Translations under genes and position numbers: made by a program
Part shown: in pieces, positions 1 through 9,906 of the stretch
Numbering within the stretch: the first letter of the stretch is position 1
How the letters are laid out: the number at the start of each line of letters is the position of its first letter
The notes under the pieces: model-generated
Told to the model about the DNA's origin: nothing
Database searches by the model: none
What the model saw: the letters and a program-made list of their open reading frames with translations, nothing else
From: Burkholderiales bacterium
Lineage (GTDB): Bacteria > Pseudomonadota > Gammaproteobacteria > Burkholderiales > Eutrophovitaceae
DNA length: 64,000 nucleotides
Assembly: GCA_040880425.1 (NCBI GenBank)
Contig: JBBDIL010000003.1
Coordinates: 9,225 to 73,224, forward strand
Reading direction: 5' to 3'

Positions 1-843
1 AAGATCGCGGTGGACGAAAACTTCGCGCTGCGAGCGGACGATCTCGATGCAGCCATTGCGCAAGACAAACGGGCCGGCGCGACGCCGATCTGCGTGGTCG
101 CCTCGCTCGGCACCACCGGCGTCGGCGCGATGGACCCTTTGCGCGCCATCGGCGAAGTCTGCCGCCGGCATGAGGTCTGGCTGCACGTGGATGCTGCCTG
201 GGCCGGGTCCGCGCTGATCCTGCCGGAGTATCGCGATCTCCTGGACGGTATCGAGCATGTAGACTCGTTCGTTTTCAATCCGCACAAGTGGCTGTTCACC
301 AATTTCGACTGTTCGGCGCATTTCGTGCGCGACCCGGATGCACTGGTGCGCACGCTGGAGATCCTCCCCGCCTACCTGAAGACGCGCGAGAAGGGACACG
401 TCATCGATTACCGCGACTGGTCGGTGCCGCTCGGTAGGCGCTTCCGCGCGCTCAAGCTGTGGTTCGTGATCCGTTCGTATGGCGTCGCCCGGCTGCGCGA
501 GATGGTCGCCGCGCATATCGACATGGCCCGCGAACTGGAAGGCTGGATCGGGGAAGCATCGGATTTCGAACTGGTGGCGCCGCGTTCTCTGGCACTGATC
601 AATTTCCGCTATCGCCCGCGGGACATCGACGACGCGGCAGCGCTCGACCGTCTGAACGAGCGCCTGCTCGAACAACTGAACGACAGCGGCAAGCTGTATC
701 TCACACAGAATCGTGTGCGCGAGCACTTTGTCATCCGCTTCTCCATTGGCCAGACCTACACGCAGCGCAGCCATGTTGAAGCCGCCTGGCGTGCCATCGC
801 GGAAACCGCGCAGTCGCTGTCACGCACAGACCCAAAGGAGTGA
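1..843 (+). CDS. PLP-dependent group II amino-acid decarboxylase (aromatic-L-amino-acid/tyrosine decarboxylase-like), 3' part; gene begins upstream of window
   Basis: Frame open from base 1 (track ORF 10..843); 'FNPHKW' PLP-lysine motif; DDC-like C-terminal domain. Confidence 0.8.
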   Translation, partial: KIAVDENFALRADDLDAAIAQDKRAGATPICVVASLGTTGVGAMDPLRAIGEVCRRHEVWLHVDAAWAGSALILPEYRDLLDGIEHVDSFVFNPHKWLFTNFDCSAHFVRDPDALVRTLEILPAYLKTREKGHVIDYRDWSVPLGRRFRALKLWFVIRSYGVARLREMVAAHIDMARELEGWIGEASDFELVAPRSLALINFRYRPRDIDDAAALDRLNERLLEQLNDSGKLYLTQNRVREHFVIRFSIGQTYTQRSHVEAAWRAIAETAQSLSRTDPKE

Positions 844-845
844 GC

Positions 846-1637
846 ATGATCATCGAACAGATCTGGACTGCAAACGCCTATCGCAACTTCAATTACCTGA
901 TCGCCTGTGCGGAATCCGGCGAGGCGCTGGCGATCGATCCGCTGGACCACGAGAAGTGCCTGGCCGCGGCAAGGAAGCGCGGCTGGGAGATTACGCAGAT
1001 TCTCAACACGCACGAACACGGCGACCACACCGGCGGCAATCGCGCGATGAAAGCCGCCACCGGCGCAAAGCTGCTGGCGCACAAGAACGCCGGCAACCGC
1101 ATCCCCGGCGTCGATCGCGGCCTCGGCGCCGGCGATGTCATCAAGGTCGGCAAATCGGTCGAACTGGAAGTGCTCGACACACCCGGGCACACGATGAGTC
1201 ATGTCTGCCTGCTGTCGCATACCGACACGCCGGCACTTTTCAGTGGCGACACGCTGTTCAATGCGGGAGCGGGCAACTGCCACAATGGCGGACATCCGAA
1301 CGAGCTGTACCAGACCTTTGTCAGCCAGCTTGCAAAGCTGCCGGAGCATACAAAGGTGTATCCGGGCCACGACTACATCGCCAACAACCTCGCCTTCACG
1401 CTGGACCGCGAGCCGGACAATGGCAAGGCAAAACAGATGCTGGAGAACGTGCACAATCAGGACCCGGCGCATGCGCTGGTTACCACGCTGGCGCTGGAAA
1501 AAGAGATCAATACCTTCTTCCGTCTGCACAGCCCGAGCGTGATCGCGCGGCTGCGCGAGGCGTTTCCCGACCTGCCCGACGAACCGGATCCGAAGACGGT
1601 GTTCCTCAGGCTGCGCGAGTTACGCAATAGCTGGTAG
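846..1637 (+). CDS. gloB: hydroxyacylglutathione hydrolase (metallo-beta-lactamase fold, glyoxalase II)
   Basis: 'THEHGDH' metal motif, 'DTPGHT'; AAGGAG 5 nt upstream of ATG 846 (track ORF starts at GTG 840). Confidence 0.85.
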   Translation: MIIEQIWTANAYRNFNYLIACAESGEALAIDPLDHEKCLAAARKRGWEITQILNTHEHGDHTGGNRAMKAATGAKLLAHKNAGNRIPGVDRGLGAGDVIKVGKSVELEVLDTPGHTMSHVCLLSHTDTPALFSGDTLFNAGAGNCHNGGHPNELYQTFVSQLAKLPEHTKVYPGHDYIANNLAFTLDREPDNGKAKQMLENVHNQDPAHALVTTLALEKEINTFFRLHSPSVIARLREAFPDLPDEPDPKTVFLRLRELRNSW

Positions 1638-1674
1638 AACCCGGACGCGCGGCCATTCCAGCAGAGAGGCAGGC

Positions 1675-2706
1675 ATGGACCTGAATCGCGAAATGTTGAA
1701 ACAGGCGGCCGCGGAAGGGTTGCTCAGCGAGCAGCAGGCCGAGCGCTTATGGCAGTTTCTGCACGCGCGCGGCGCCGACACGCCAGGCTTCCGCTTCACC
1801 CATATCCTCTACTACCTGGGCGGCATGATCGCCATCGGCGCCATGAGCCTGTTCATGACCATGGGATGGGAGCGTTTCGGCGGCTGGGGCCTGATGTGTA
1901 TCGCGCTCGCCTACGCGGTCGCCGGACTGGGCCTGACGGAGTACTTTCTGCAACGCCGGCTGCCGATTCCCGCCGGCATCACGGCGACCCTCGTCGTGGT
2001 GCTGACGCCGCTTGCCGCCTATGGACTGCAGGCCGGGCTCGGCTTGTGGGCGGAGGGCCGCATCTATCGCGACTACCACGCGTACATCGACTGGCGCTGG
2101 ATCCTGATGGAGCTGGCGACGCTCGCGGTGGCGGCAGGCATGCTCTGGCGCTATCGGCTGCCGTTCCTGCTGATGCCGGTCGCGGTGACCCTCTGGTACA
2201 TGAGCATGGACCTGACGCCGTTCCTGTTCGGCGCGGAAGCTTTCACCTGGGAACTCCGAGCCTATGTGTCGTTGTGGTTCGGTCTGCTGGTGGTGCTGCT
2301 GGCATTCTGGGTCGACGTTCGCGCGCGGCACGGCCGGGACTTTGCGTTCTGGCTTTACCTGTTCGGGGTGCTGGCGTTCTGGGGCGGCCTGTCCTCCATG
2401 GAATCCGACAGCGAGTTGAGCAAGTTCCTTTACCTCTGCATCAATCTCGCGATGATCGGCATCGGCGCCGTTCTTTCGCGCCGGGTGTTCGCCGTGTTCG
2501 GTGGTCTCGGCGCTGCTGGATACCTGGGATATCTCGCGCACAGCGTGTTCAAGGACAGCCTGATGTTCCCGTTCGTGCTGACCGCCATCGGACTGGGCGT
2601 GGTCTGGCTCGGGATCCTATGGCAGCGACATGAAAGCGCGATCTCGGCGCGGCTTCGCGCCCTGTTGCCGACGCAGTTGAGAGAATTGATGGAGACGCGG
2701 CACTGA
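1675..2706 (+). CDS. polytopic membrane protein of unknown function (DUF2157-like N-terminus)
   Basis: 343-aa ORF, soluble N-terminal helix then about 9 hydrophobic segments; no catalytic motif recognised. Confidence 0.55.
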   Translation: MDLNREMLKQAAAEGLLSEQQAERLWQFLHARGADTPGFRFTHILYYLGGMIAIGAMSLFMTMGWERFGGWGLMCIALAYAVAGLGLTEYFLQRRLPIPAGITATLVVVLTPLAAYGLQAGLGLWAEGRIYRDYHAYIDWRWILMELATLAVAAGMLWRYRLPFLLMPVAVTLWYMSMDLTPFLFGAEAFTWELRAYVSLWFGLLVVLLAFWVDVRARHGRDFAFWLYLFGVLAFWGGLSSMESDSELSKFLYLCINLAMIGIGAVLSRRVFAVFGGLGAAGYLGYLAHSVFKDSLMFPFVLTAIGLGVVWLGILWQRHESAISARLRALLPTQLRELMETRH

Positions 2707-2899
2707 TCATCACTCGCCGCGCATGGCAAAGCTTGTCGGTTGTGGACAGCGGGCCGGGAATTTTTCCCGCGATTTTGTGCTGAATTACATCGAACTTAGC
2801 CGGCATACGTGCTTCTAAGAGGATTCCTGCATCCGGATGCGCGACAATCCGTGCGTTTTCAGGTTGTTTTAAGGTTCAACAAGACTAAGGAGGATGACT

Positions 2900-3991
2900 A
2901 TGAAATTCCTGACCGCGAAACGGCCGCAGATCGCTGGGGTGCTGTTTGGCCTCATCTGTATGGCAGGTGCGCCGCTGCAGGCGGCGGACGGCGGCAAGGG
3001 AATGGCTTACGTCAGCAACCAGAACGGCGATGTCACCGTCATCGATCTGGACACGCTGGAAGTGGTTTCCGAGATAGACGTCGAAGCCGAGGGCCCGCGC
3101 GGCATCGGCCTGACGGCGGACGGCAAGTGGCTGGTCACGGCAAATGCCGATGACGGCAACCTGTCGGTGATCGACCGCAAGAGCGGGAAAGTTCTTCGGC
3201 ACATTGCAATCGGCGAGAACCCGGAGTTCGTGCGCATCCGTGGTTACCACGCGTTTGTGTCGTTCGAACCCGAGGCTCTGGGCGGCCCGCCGCCGACACC
3301 CGGTTCCGAGGAGGCAAAAGCACTCGAGCGCGAGCGCGAAGAGGAGGGCACCGAACCCGCGAAGATCGCGGTGGTCGACCTCAAGCGCGGCAAGGTGATC
3401 CGCGAGATCACCGGCGGCGTGGAAACCGAGGGCATCGAGTTCTCCGCGGACGGCAAGAAAATCATCGTCACCAACGAGGCGGACGAGAATCTCTCGGTGC
3501 ATGAAATCGCCACCGGCAAGCTGGTGAAGACGATCGACACCAGGAAGTACGGCAACCGCCCGCGCGGCATCAAGATGGCACCGGACGGAAAATCCTACGT
3601 GGCTTCGATCGAATACGGAAACAAGCTGGTCGTGCTGGACGAGAATTTCGACGTCACGAGAGTGGTCGACACCGGTGAGGTGCCATATGGCCTCGCATTC
3701 GACCGCAAGGGCGAACGTCTCTATGTAGCACTCGCGTACGGCAAGGCGCTGCAAGTGTTCGACGCCAAGACCTACAAGCCGATCAAGAGTGTTCCCACCG
3801 GCACGCGGTGCTGGCACTTCACGTTTACGCCGGACGACAGCCAGATTCTCGTGGCCTGCGGGCGCTCTCACAACGTGGTCGTAATCGACGTGAAGACGCT
3901 CGAACCGGTCAAGACGATCGAGGACAAGAAGCTGCCGTGGGGTATCGTCGCTTATCCGAAATCGGTTGGTACCCTGGACTGGCCAGAATAA
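2900..3991 (+). CDS. secreted YVTN-family beta-propeller repeat protein
   Basis: Signal peptide (MKFLTAKRPQIAGVLFGLICMAGAPLQA); repeated 'YVxNxxxxxVsVID' units; AAGGAGG 6 nt upstream of ATG 2900. Confidence 0.7.
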   Translation: MKFLTAKRPQIAGVLFGLICMAGAPLQAADGGKGMAYVSNQNGDVTVIDLDTLEVVSEIDVEAEGPRGIGLTADGKWLVTANADDGNLSVIDRKSGKVLRHIAIGENPEFVRIRGYHAFVSFEPEALGGPPPTPGSEEAKALEREREEEGTEPAKIAVVDLKRGKVIREITGGVETEGIEFSADGKKIIVTNEADENLSVHEIATGKLVKTIDTRKYGNRPRGIKMAPDGKSYVASIEYGNKLVVLDENFDVTRVVDTGEVPYGLAFDRKGERLYVALAYGKALQVFDAKTYKPIKSVPTGTRCWHFTFTPDDSQILVACGRSHNVVVIDVKTLEPVKTIEDKKLPWGIVAYPKSVGTLDWPE

Positions 3992-4127
3992 TTCTCTGGT
4001 AGCGATACCCTTGAAGGGCCTCCACACGGAGGCTCTTCGTTTTTCCTGCCACCGGTTCGTGGCTCGACCGCCGGACAAGGAATAGAATTTCCGCGTTCCT
4101 GTACATGGTCACGAGAGGTCACCCAGA

Positions 4128-4505
4128 ATGATGCTGGTTCCGGTAAAACTCGATCGAAGCCCGAACCACGGTATGGGGGTGTTTGCCACCCGGTTCATCC
4201 CCAGCGGTACGGAAGTCTGGCGCTTCATGGCCGGCTTCGACCTCGATCTCGACCCGGCGCTGGTGGAAGCGCAGCCGGCTCATATCCGAAAAGTGCTCAT
4301 GCATTATGGATACATCGATTCGCGGCTGCGGCGTTACATTCTGTGCTGTGACGACGCGCGATTCATGAACCACAGCGACGATCCGAATACCCGCTCGGAT
4401 TCTTCCACCGATTCCTACGGCGTGGATATTGCGGTGCGTGATATCGCCGAAGGGGAAGAGATCACCACGGACTACGGATTGATGGATGGACAACGACCGG
4501 CGTGA
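4128..4505 (+). CDS. SET domain-containing protein (putative protein-lysine methyltransferase)
   Basis: 'GMGVFATRFIPSGTEV', 'FMNHSDDPN', 'IAEGEEITTDY' SET-domain motifs. Confidence 0.75.
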   Translation: MMLVPVKLDRSPNHGMGVFATRFIPSGTEVWRFMAGFDLDLDPALVEAQPAHIRKVLMHYGYIDSRLRRYILCCDDARFMNHSDDPNTRSDSSTDSYGVDIAVRDIAEGEEITTDYGLMDGQRPA

Positions 4506-5172
4506 ACATGTCGCCCCGGCCGCGTGCACGCTGGACCATATCGTGGTCATAGCGCCGACTCTGAGGTCTGGTGTCGAATGGGTGCGGGACGCGCTCGGCG
4601 TCGCGCCGCAGCCTGGCGGCGCGCATCGCGAAATGGGTACGCACAACTGTCTGCTCAGGCTGGGCGAATCCGCTTACCTGGAAGTGATCGCGGTCGATGC
4701 CGACGCCCCTGCGCCGGACCGGCCGCGCTGGTTCGGCCTCGACCGGCTGGCGCTGGACGATGCGCCGCGGCTGGCTGCATGGGTTGCGCGCACGGCGGAT
4801 ATCCGCGCAGCGCATTCTGTATGCGGCGAACCCCTTGGCGGCATCGAGCGCATGAGCCGCGGCGACCTGAGTTGGCTGATCACGATTCCCGAAGACGGCA
4901 GCCTGCCGCAAGCCGGAGCGGCGCCGATGCTGATCGAGTGGGCCACGGGGACTCCGCATCCCGCCACGCGGCTGGACGATTCGCGCCACGAACTGCTGCA
5001 GCTGCAGGTGTTCCACGCGCAGCCCGACCGCATCGCCGCCGTGCTTGACTCGATCGGATTCGAAGGCGCCGTGCGGATGCACCCGTCGCCGCCGGACGCG
5101 CCGCCCTGTCTGCTGGCACGGATCCGCACGCCGAACGGCATACGTGTTCTGGGCAATGCCTTATCCGGCTGA
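4486..5172 (+). CDS. VOC/glyoxalase-like domain protein
   Basis: 'LDHIVVIAPTL...GGAHREMGTHNCLLRLGESAYLEVIAVD' resembles the glyoxalase-like domain family; 20-nt overlap with the SET gene. Confidence 0.55.
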   Translation: MDNDRREHVAPAACTLDHIVVIAPTLRSGVEWVRDALGVAPQPGGAHREMGTHNCLLRLGESAYLEVIAVDADAPAPDRPRWFGLDRLALDDAPRLAAWVARTADIRAAHSVCGEPLGGIERMSRGDLSWLITIPEDGSLPQAGAAPMLIEWATGTPHPATRLDDSRHELLQLQVFHAQPDRIAAVLDSIGFEGAVRMHPSPPDAPPCLLARIRTPNGIRVLGNALSG

Positions 5173-6231
5173 CAGCGCGCCCGGATCCATGATCTCGCCC
5201 GCGCCAGTGGCGTCGTAGCCGGGCAGCGCGGCCACGGCCTGGGCAAAGGCCGGCGAACGCAGCATTTCGCACAATGCCGGTATGGCGAATTCCGCGGTTG
5301 CTTTCGCCTCGCATGCAAGCAGATAGCGCTCGCGACAGACCGGGATGAAGTCCAGCCGGTATTGCGCGGCCGCGGACTGTACGCCGAACGCCGCGTCGGC
5401 CTGTCCCGCAGCCACCAGTGCGGCGACCGCGGCGTGCGTGGTTTCCTCCGTATCGTAGCCGGTGATACCGGCTGCATCGATGTGCTCGGCCGCGAACAGC
5501 AGATCGAGCAGTGCGCGCGTACCCGACCCGCGCTGGCGGTTGGCCATGCGCACGCCCTCGCGTGCCAGGTCCGACACCGCAAGGATGCGCTTCGGATTGC
5601 CGGCGGCAACGATGAGTCCCTGCGTGCGTGTCGCGAAGCCGATCAGGCGGCAGGCGTCGGCCGGCAGCAGGTCGGCGTACTGCCGGGCAAGCCTGGCGCC
5701 GACCGGTCCGAGCGGCACGTGAAATCCGGCCACCGCGCAGTCGCCCCGGCGCAAGGCGGCGAGCGCATCGAAACTGCCGCGAAACTGCACATCCAGGATC
5801 AGGCCGAAGCGGCCGGCAAGCTCGCGCAGCGCTGCCACGGCGAAATCGTGGCTCGCGTGCATGACCAGCAGCACCCCGCCCGTACCGCGTACCGCATTCA
5901 GCGCGGCTGCGAATTCGGACGCCAGGCTGTCCAGTTCGGGGGCCACGCGTGCGCGTGCGCGCTGACCCGCCCACAACAGGTTCCATCCGAGGGTGGTCAG
6001 CCGGGAACCTTTGCCGCGTTCCATCTCGACCAGCGGCGCACCGAGAAATGTCTGCCACCGCTCGATGAGGTTCCAGGCGTGGCGATAGGAAATGCCGGCG
6101 CGCGCGGCGGCCCGCGTCAGTTTCGATTCCTCGTGCAAGGCCTCCAGCAGCCGGATCAGCAGGAAATCGAAGTCGCGCTCCTGGCCGTCGATCGTGAAGC
6201 GCCACACGGGGCGGATGTGTACACCGATCAT
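5161..6231 (-). CDS. ModE-N-type HTH regulator fused to a periplasmic-binding-protein-like domain (probable oxyanion-responsive regulator of tup genes)
   Basis: N-terminal 'LTRAAARAGISYRHAWNLIERWQTFLGAPLVEMERGKGSRLT' ModE-like wHTH; long C-terminal PBP-like domain; adjacent to tupBCA. Confidence 0.7.
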   Translation of the reverse strand: MIGVHIRPVWRFTIDGQERDFDFLLIRLLEALHEESKLTRAAARAGISYRHAWNLIERWQTFLGAPLVEMERGKGSRLTTLGWNLLWAGQRARARVAPELDSLASEFAAALNAVRGTGGVLLVMHASHDFAVAALRELAGRFGLILDVQFRGSFDALAALRRGDCAVAGFHVPLGPVGARLARQYADLLPADACRLIGFATRTQGLIVAAGNPKRILAVSDLAREGVRMANRQRGSGTRALLDLLFAAEHIDAAGITGYDTEETTHAAVAALVAAGQADAAFGVQSAAAQYRLDFIPVCRERYLLACEAKATAEFAIPALCEMLRSPAFAQAVAALPGYDATGAGEIMDPGALSAG

Positions 6232-6395
6232 CCCGCGATTATCGCAACGATCGCCGGTCCGCGGAGGCTGGCACGAAACCGGTCGAAGATCGAAGCAACC
6301 ACCGGGAACAGCAGGAAGAATTTCGCTGCCTGGTTCTGACGGGTGTTCCAGGTGTTTTCAGGGCTTTGTTCCTGCTGGAGAGACGTGCCGGACCG

Positions 6396-7190
6396 TCAGC
6401 GTCGCGCGTTCGGGAAGAACAGCTGCTGTCCGCCGATCTCGTAGGCCGCGACCGCCGCCTGACCTTCCGGCGAGACGATCCAGTCGATGAACTTCTGCCC
6501 CGCTTCCTTCTTCACGTGTGGGTGGCGGTCCGGGTTGACGAGGATCACGCCGTACTGGTTGAACAGTCTTTGGTCGCCTTCGACCAGCACGACCAGCTCG
6601 CCGCGATTGCGGAAGGAAAGCCAGGTGCTGCGGTCGGTGAGCGCGTAGCCGTTCATCGCGCTCGCAGTGTTGAGTGTCGGGCCCATCCCGGAACCGGTCT
6701 CGCGATACCACTCGCCCCATGGGCGCCCGATACCGGCCGCCTTCCAGAACCGCAGTTCGGCGGCATGCGTGCCGCTGTTGTCGGCGCGCGAAACGAACGG
6801 CGCGCGCGCGCCGGCGATCGCCGCCAGCGCTTTTGCCACGTCGCTGCCGCGCGCCCCGGCCGGATCGGATGCCGGGCCGACTACCACGAAGTCGTTAAAC
6901 ATCACCTCGATGCGTTCGACACCGTAACCCTCAGCCACGAACCTGCGCTCGGCGGCTGCGTCGTGCACGAACACCACGTCGGCATCGCCGCGCCTGCCGA
7001 CGTCGAGCGCCTGCCCGGTGCCGAGCGCAACCACGCGCGCCTCGACGCCGGTGGCGCGGGTAAATGCCGGCAGGATCGTCCTGAACAGGCCGGACTGCTC
7101 GGTGGAAGTGGTCGAGGCAATGGTAATGAACTGCTGCGCGCCGGCGGCCTGGGCGAGCAGGAACAGGATGGTAAAAACGACGCGGTTCAT
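6396..7190 (-). CDS. tupA: tungstate/oxyanion ABC transporter substrate-binding protein
   Basis: Signal peptide from internal Met (MNRVVFTILFLLAQAAGA); 'ASTTSTEQSGL' TupA-type anion-binding motif; ATGA overlap with the upstream ATPase gene. Confidence 0.7.
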   Translation of the reverse strand: MNRVVFTILFLLAQAAGAQQFITIASTTSTEQSGLFRTILPAFTRATGVEARVVALGTGQALDVGRRGDADVVFVHDAAAERRFVAEGYGVERIEVMFNDFVVVGPASDPAGARGSDVAKALAAIAGARAPFVSRADNSGTHAAELRFWKAAGIGRPWGEWYRETGSGMGPTLNTASAMNGYALTDRSTWLSFRNRGELVVLVEGDQRLFNQYGVILVNPDRHPHVKKEAGQKFIDWIVSPEGQAAVAAYEIGGQQLFFPNARR

Positions 7191-7900
7191 GGCAGTTCTT
7201 CCTGCAGGTATGCGTGCGCTTCGGCGGAAGCCGGCGCGCCGAAGAATCGGTCGGCGGGCGTGCATTCGGTTACGCGCCCTTCATGCAGGAACACCACCGT
7301 CTCCGCCTGGCGGCGGGCAAATCCCAGATGATGGGTGGTCATCACGATCGCAGTGCCTGCCGCATGAATCTCGTGAACGAGGCGCTCGATCTCGGCGGAT
7401 GCGGCAGGATCGAGGCTGGCGGTGGGCTCGTCGAGAAACAGCACGCGCGGGCGCAGCGCCCACGCGCGGGCGAGCGCAAGCCGCTGCCGTTCGCCGCCGG
7501 ACAGCACGCGCGCCTGGCGCTGCGCGACATGTCCGAGGCCGACGCGTTCGATCGCCTCGCGCGCGCGTTGGCGCCGTTCGGCGCGGCCAACCCGGTTCAC
7601 CGCCAGCGCATAGTCGATGTTGGCGAGCGCGGGGCGGCGCAGCAACACCGCGCGCTGGAACACCATCGCCTGTTGTGCCGGCCGCCGCGTGCTGCCGGCC
7701 CAGGTGATGGTGCCCGCGTCCGGCGCGATCAGCCCGTGCAGCACGCGCAGCAGCACGCTCTTGCCGGCGCCGTTGGCGCCGAGCACCACGGTGCGGGCGA
7801 GCGCGTCGACGCGCAGGTTCACGTCTTTGAGCGCGTGGTGCGTGCCGAGCGTGACGTGCACGCCGCGCACCTCGAGCGGAAAGATCGATGCTTCAACCAT
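7187..7900 (-). CDS. tupC: ABC transporter ATP-binding protein
   Basis: Walker A 'GANGAGKS', signature 'LSGGERQR', Walker B 'LFLDEP'; start set at internal Met to fit the permease stop. Confidence 0.75.
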   Translation of the reverse strand: MVEASIFPLEVRGVHVTLGTHHALKDVNLRVDALARTVVLGANGAGKSVLLRVLHGLIAPDAGTITWAGSTRRPAQQAMVFQRAVLLRRPALANIDYALAVNRVGRAERRQRAREAIERVGLGHVAQRQARVLSGGERQRLALARAWALRPRVLFLDEPTASLDPAASAEIERLVHEIHAAGTAIVMTTHHLGFARRQAETVVFLHEGRVTECTPADRFFGAPASAEAHAYLQEELP

Positions 7901-8555
7901 GGCGGCGCACGCTCCACTCGCGGATCGCGTAGGCAAGCACGTTGAGCCCGAGTACGACGGTGATCAGCACCATGCCCAGCCAAAGTGCGAGCGGCAGATC
8001 GCCCTTGCTCGTCTCCAGCGCAATTGCGGTGGTCATCACGCGGGTGACGCCATCGATGTTGCCGCCCACGATCATCACCGCGCCGACTTCGCTGGTCGCG
8101 CGGCCGAAACCGGCGAGCACGACGGTGAGCAGAGAATAGCGGCAATCGCGCAGCAGAGTCGGAATCGCCCGCGCGCGGGAAACACCGAGTGACGTGAACT
8201 GTTCGCGATACTCGCCCCAGGCGTCGTCGACGACCTGGCGGGCGAGCGCGGAGACGATCGGCAGTACCAGTATGGTCTGCGCGATCACGATCGCGGCCGG
8301 CGTGAACAGGATGCCAAGCGATCCGAGCGGGCCGGCGCGCGAAAGCAGCAGGTAGACCGCGAGGCCGACGACCACCGAAGGCAAGCCGAGCAGTGCGTTC
8401 AGCGCGACGACCGCTGCACGGCGGCCGGGAAATCGTCCGATCGCCACCAGCGCGCCGAGCGGCAGCCCGAGCGCGCACGCCAGCAGCGTCGCCGCGAAAC
8501 TGACCTGCAGCGACAGCGAGACGATGCGCCACAGGTCCGGCGGAAATTCAGGCAT
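7893..8555 (-). CDS. tupB: ABC transporter permease
   Basis: BPD-type permease with 5-6 TM; start set at 'MPEFPPDLWRIV' (the upstream ORF extension is Arg/Pro-rich). Confidence 0.7.
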   Translation of the reverse strand: MPEFPPDLWRIVSLSLQVSFAATLLACALGLPLGALVAIGRFPGRRAAVVALNALLGLPSVVVGLAVYLLLSRAGPLGSLGILFTPAAIVIAQTILVLPIVSALARQVVDDAWGEYREQFTSLGVSRARAIPTLLRDCRYSLLTVVLAGFGRATSEVGAVMIVGGNIDGVTRVMTTAIALETSKGDLPLALWLGMVLITVVLGLNVLAYAIREWSVRRHG

Positions 8556-8794
8556 GCCGCATTCTCGCAAGGACGGTCGCCAGTGCCCATATGAAGTGCA
8601 GTGCCTATGTCTTTGATCCAGGGGCAAAACACGCCTGGGCGACGATGCCGGGAGAATTCCGCGCAGGTCGCGTTGTCTGCCCAGGGCGGTTTTCGGCAAC
8701 CGCGATTCGCCTGGCGCCGCTGCCAGGCTGCTGTGGTACGGTTGGCCCATCCGTCATGACATGACCGCCGGCGCGGCGGGTAAATTGAACAAGA

Positions 8795-9901
8795 ATGAAC
8801 ACGATCGTGCGACATCGTTTGCGCCTCGGTACCACGGCGGTGCTGCTCGCGTTGACGGGCATCGCGGACATCCCGGCATGGGCGCAGCAGCCCGCACCCG
8901 TAGTCGTTGCGACCGTACGCCAGGCACCCCTGGAACGCATGCTGCGCCTGACCGGAACGGTTACCTCGGAACGCCTGGCCGCGCTTTCGCCGCGTGTCAG
9001 CGGCCTGGTGAGCAGGATGCGCGTGGACGCGGGCGACCAGGTGAAAACCGGGGCCGTCCTGCTCGAACTCGACGCCACCATCGCGCAGCTCGCGCTTGCA
9101 CGCGCGAGCGCCGGCCTCGAGGAAGCGCGCGCGCAGCTCGAGGAAGCACAACGCCTTTACGAAGAAGCGGAGCGTTTGGTCGAGCGCGGGTTCCTGCCGG
9201 AAACGCGACTGCATGCCGCCGCAGCTGAACGGCGGGTTGCGGCGGCGACGGTGGAACGGCTGGCGGCCGAACGCAGGCAGCAGGCGGAACTGGTCGCGCG
9301 TCACAGGGTGATCGCGCCCTTCGACGGCGTCGTGGGCAGGCGTTTGGCTGACGCCGGCGAGTGGGTCGAAACCGGCACGCCCGTGCTCGAGCTGGTCGAC
9401 ACGCGGCGCTTGCGTGTCGACGTGCAGGTGCCGCAGGAGCGCTTTCATGACGTTTCGGTTGGCAGCGAGGCACGTGTCGAGCTCGATGCGTTGTCCGGCC
9501 GCGTCCTCGAGGGCAAGGTTCAGGCGCGCGTGCCGGTCAACGACCCGGGTGCGCGCACCTTTCTCGCACGTATCGTGGTCGGGGACGGCGACCGTCTGAT
9601 GACGCCGGGCATGTCGGCGCGGGTGGTGCTGACGCTCAAGAGCGGGGAGCCCGCCCTCAGCGTGCCGCGCGATGCCATCCTGCGGCGCCCCGACGGCAGT
9701 ACCAGTGTTTGGGTTCTGAACGAGGGGGAGACCCTTACGGTGTCCGAACGCCGTGTCGAACTGGTGCCATCGTTGCAGGACGCGATCGAGGTGCGCAGCG
9801 GCGTTTCCGCCGGCGAGAAGATCGTGGTGCGTGGAAACGAGACGCTGCGCGACGGGCAGCGTGTACGCATCGTCGGTTCCGGGCCCGCTGAAGGGAGCTG
9901 A
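8795..9901 (+). CDS. efflux RND transporter periplasmic adaptor (MFP) subunit
   Basis: Signal peptide, coiled-coil hairpin (LELDATIAQLALARASAGLEEARAQLEEAQRL...), barrel-sandwich and beta-barrel regions. Confidence 0.85.
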   Translation: MNTIVRHRLRLGTTAVLLALTGIADIPAWAQQPAPVVVATVRQAPLERMLRLTGTVTSERLAALSPRVSGLVSRMRVDAGDQVKTGAVLLELDATIAQLALARASAGLEEARAQLEEAQRLYEEAERLVERGFLPETRLHAAAAERRVAAATVERLAAERRQQAELVARHRVIAPFDGVVGRRLADAGEWVETGTPVLELVDTRRLRVDVQVPQERFHDVSVGSEARVELDALSGRVLEGKVQARVPVNDPGARTFLARIVVGDGDRLMTPGMSARVVLTLKSGEPALSVPRDAILRRPDGSTSVWVLNEGETLTVSERRVELVPSLQDAIEVRSGVSAGEKIVVRGNETLRDGQRVRIVGSGPAEGS

Positions 9902-9906
9902 CGCCG

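Noticed and set aside
4880-6205. Long antisense or alternative-frame ORFs typical of this track (for example 4880..6205-, 9520..10725-, 9753..11645+, 14945..16768-, 28776..29927+, 30029..31387+, 38998..40128-, 62371..63555+)
   Set aside because: They are Arg/Ala/Pro/Gly-rich and low-complexity. Each fully overlaps a gene with clear family motifs on the other strand or frame. This is the expected artefact of high GC content.
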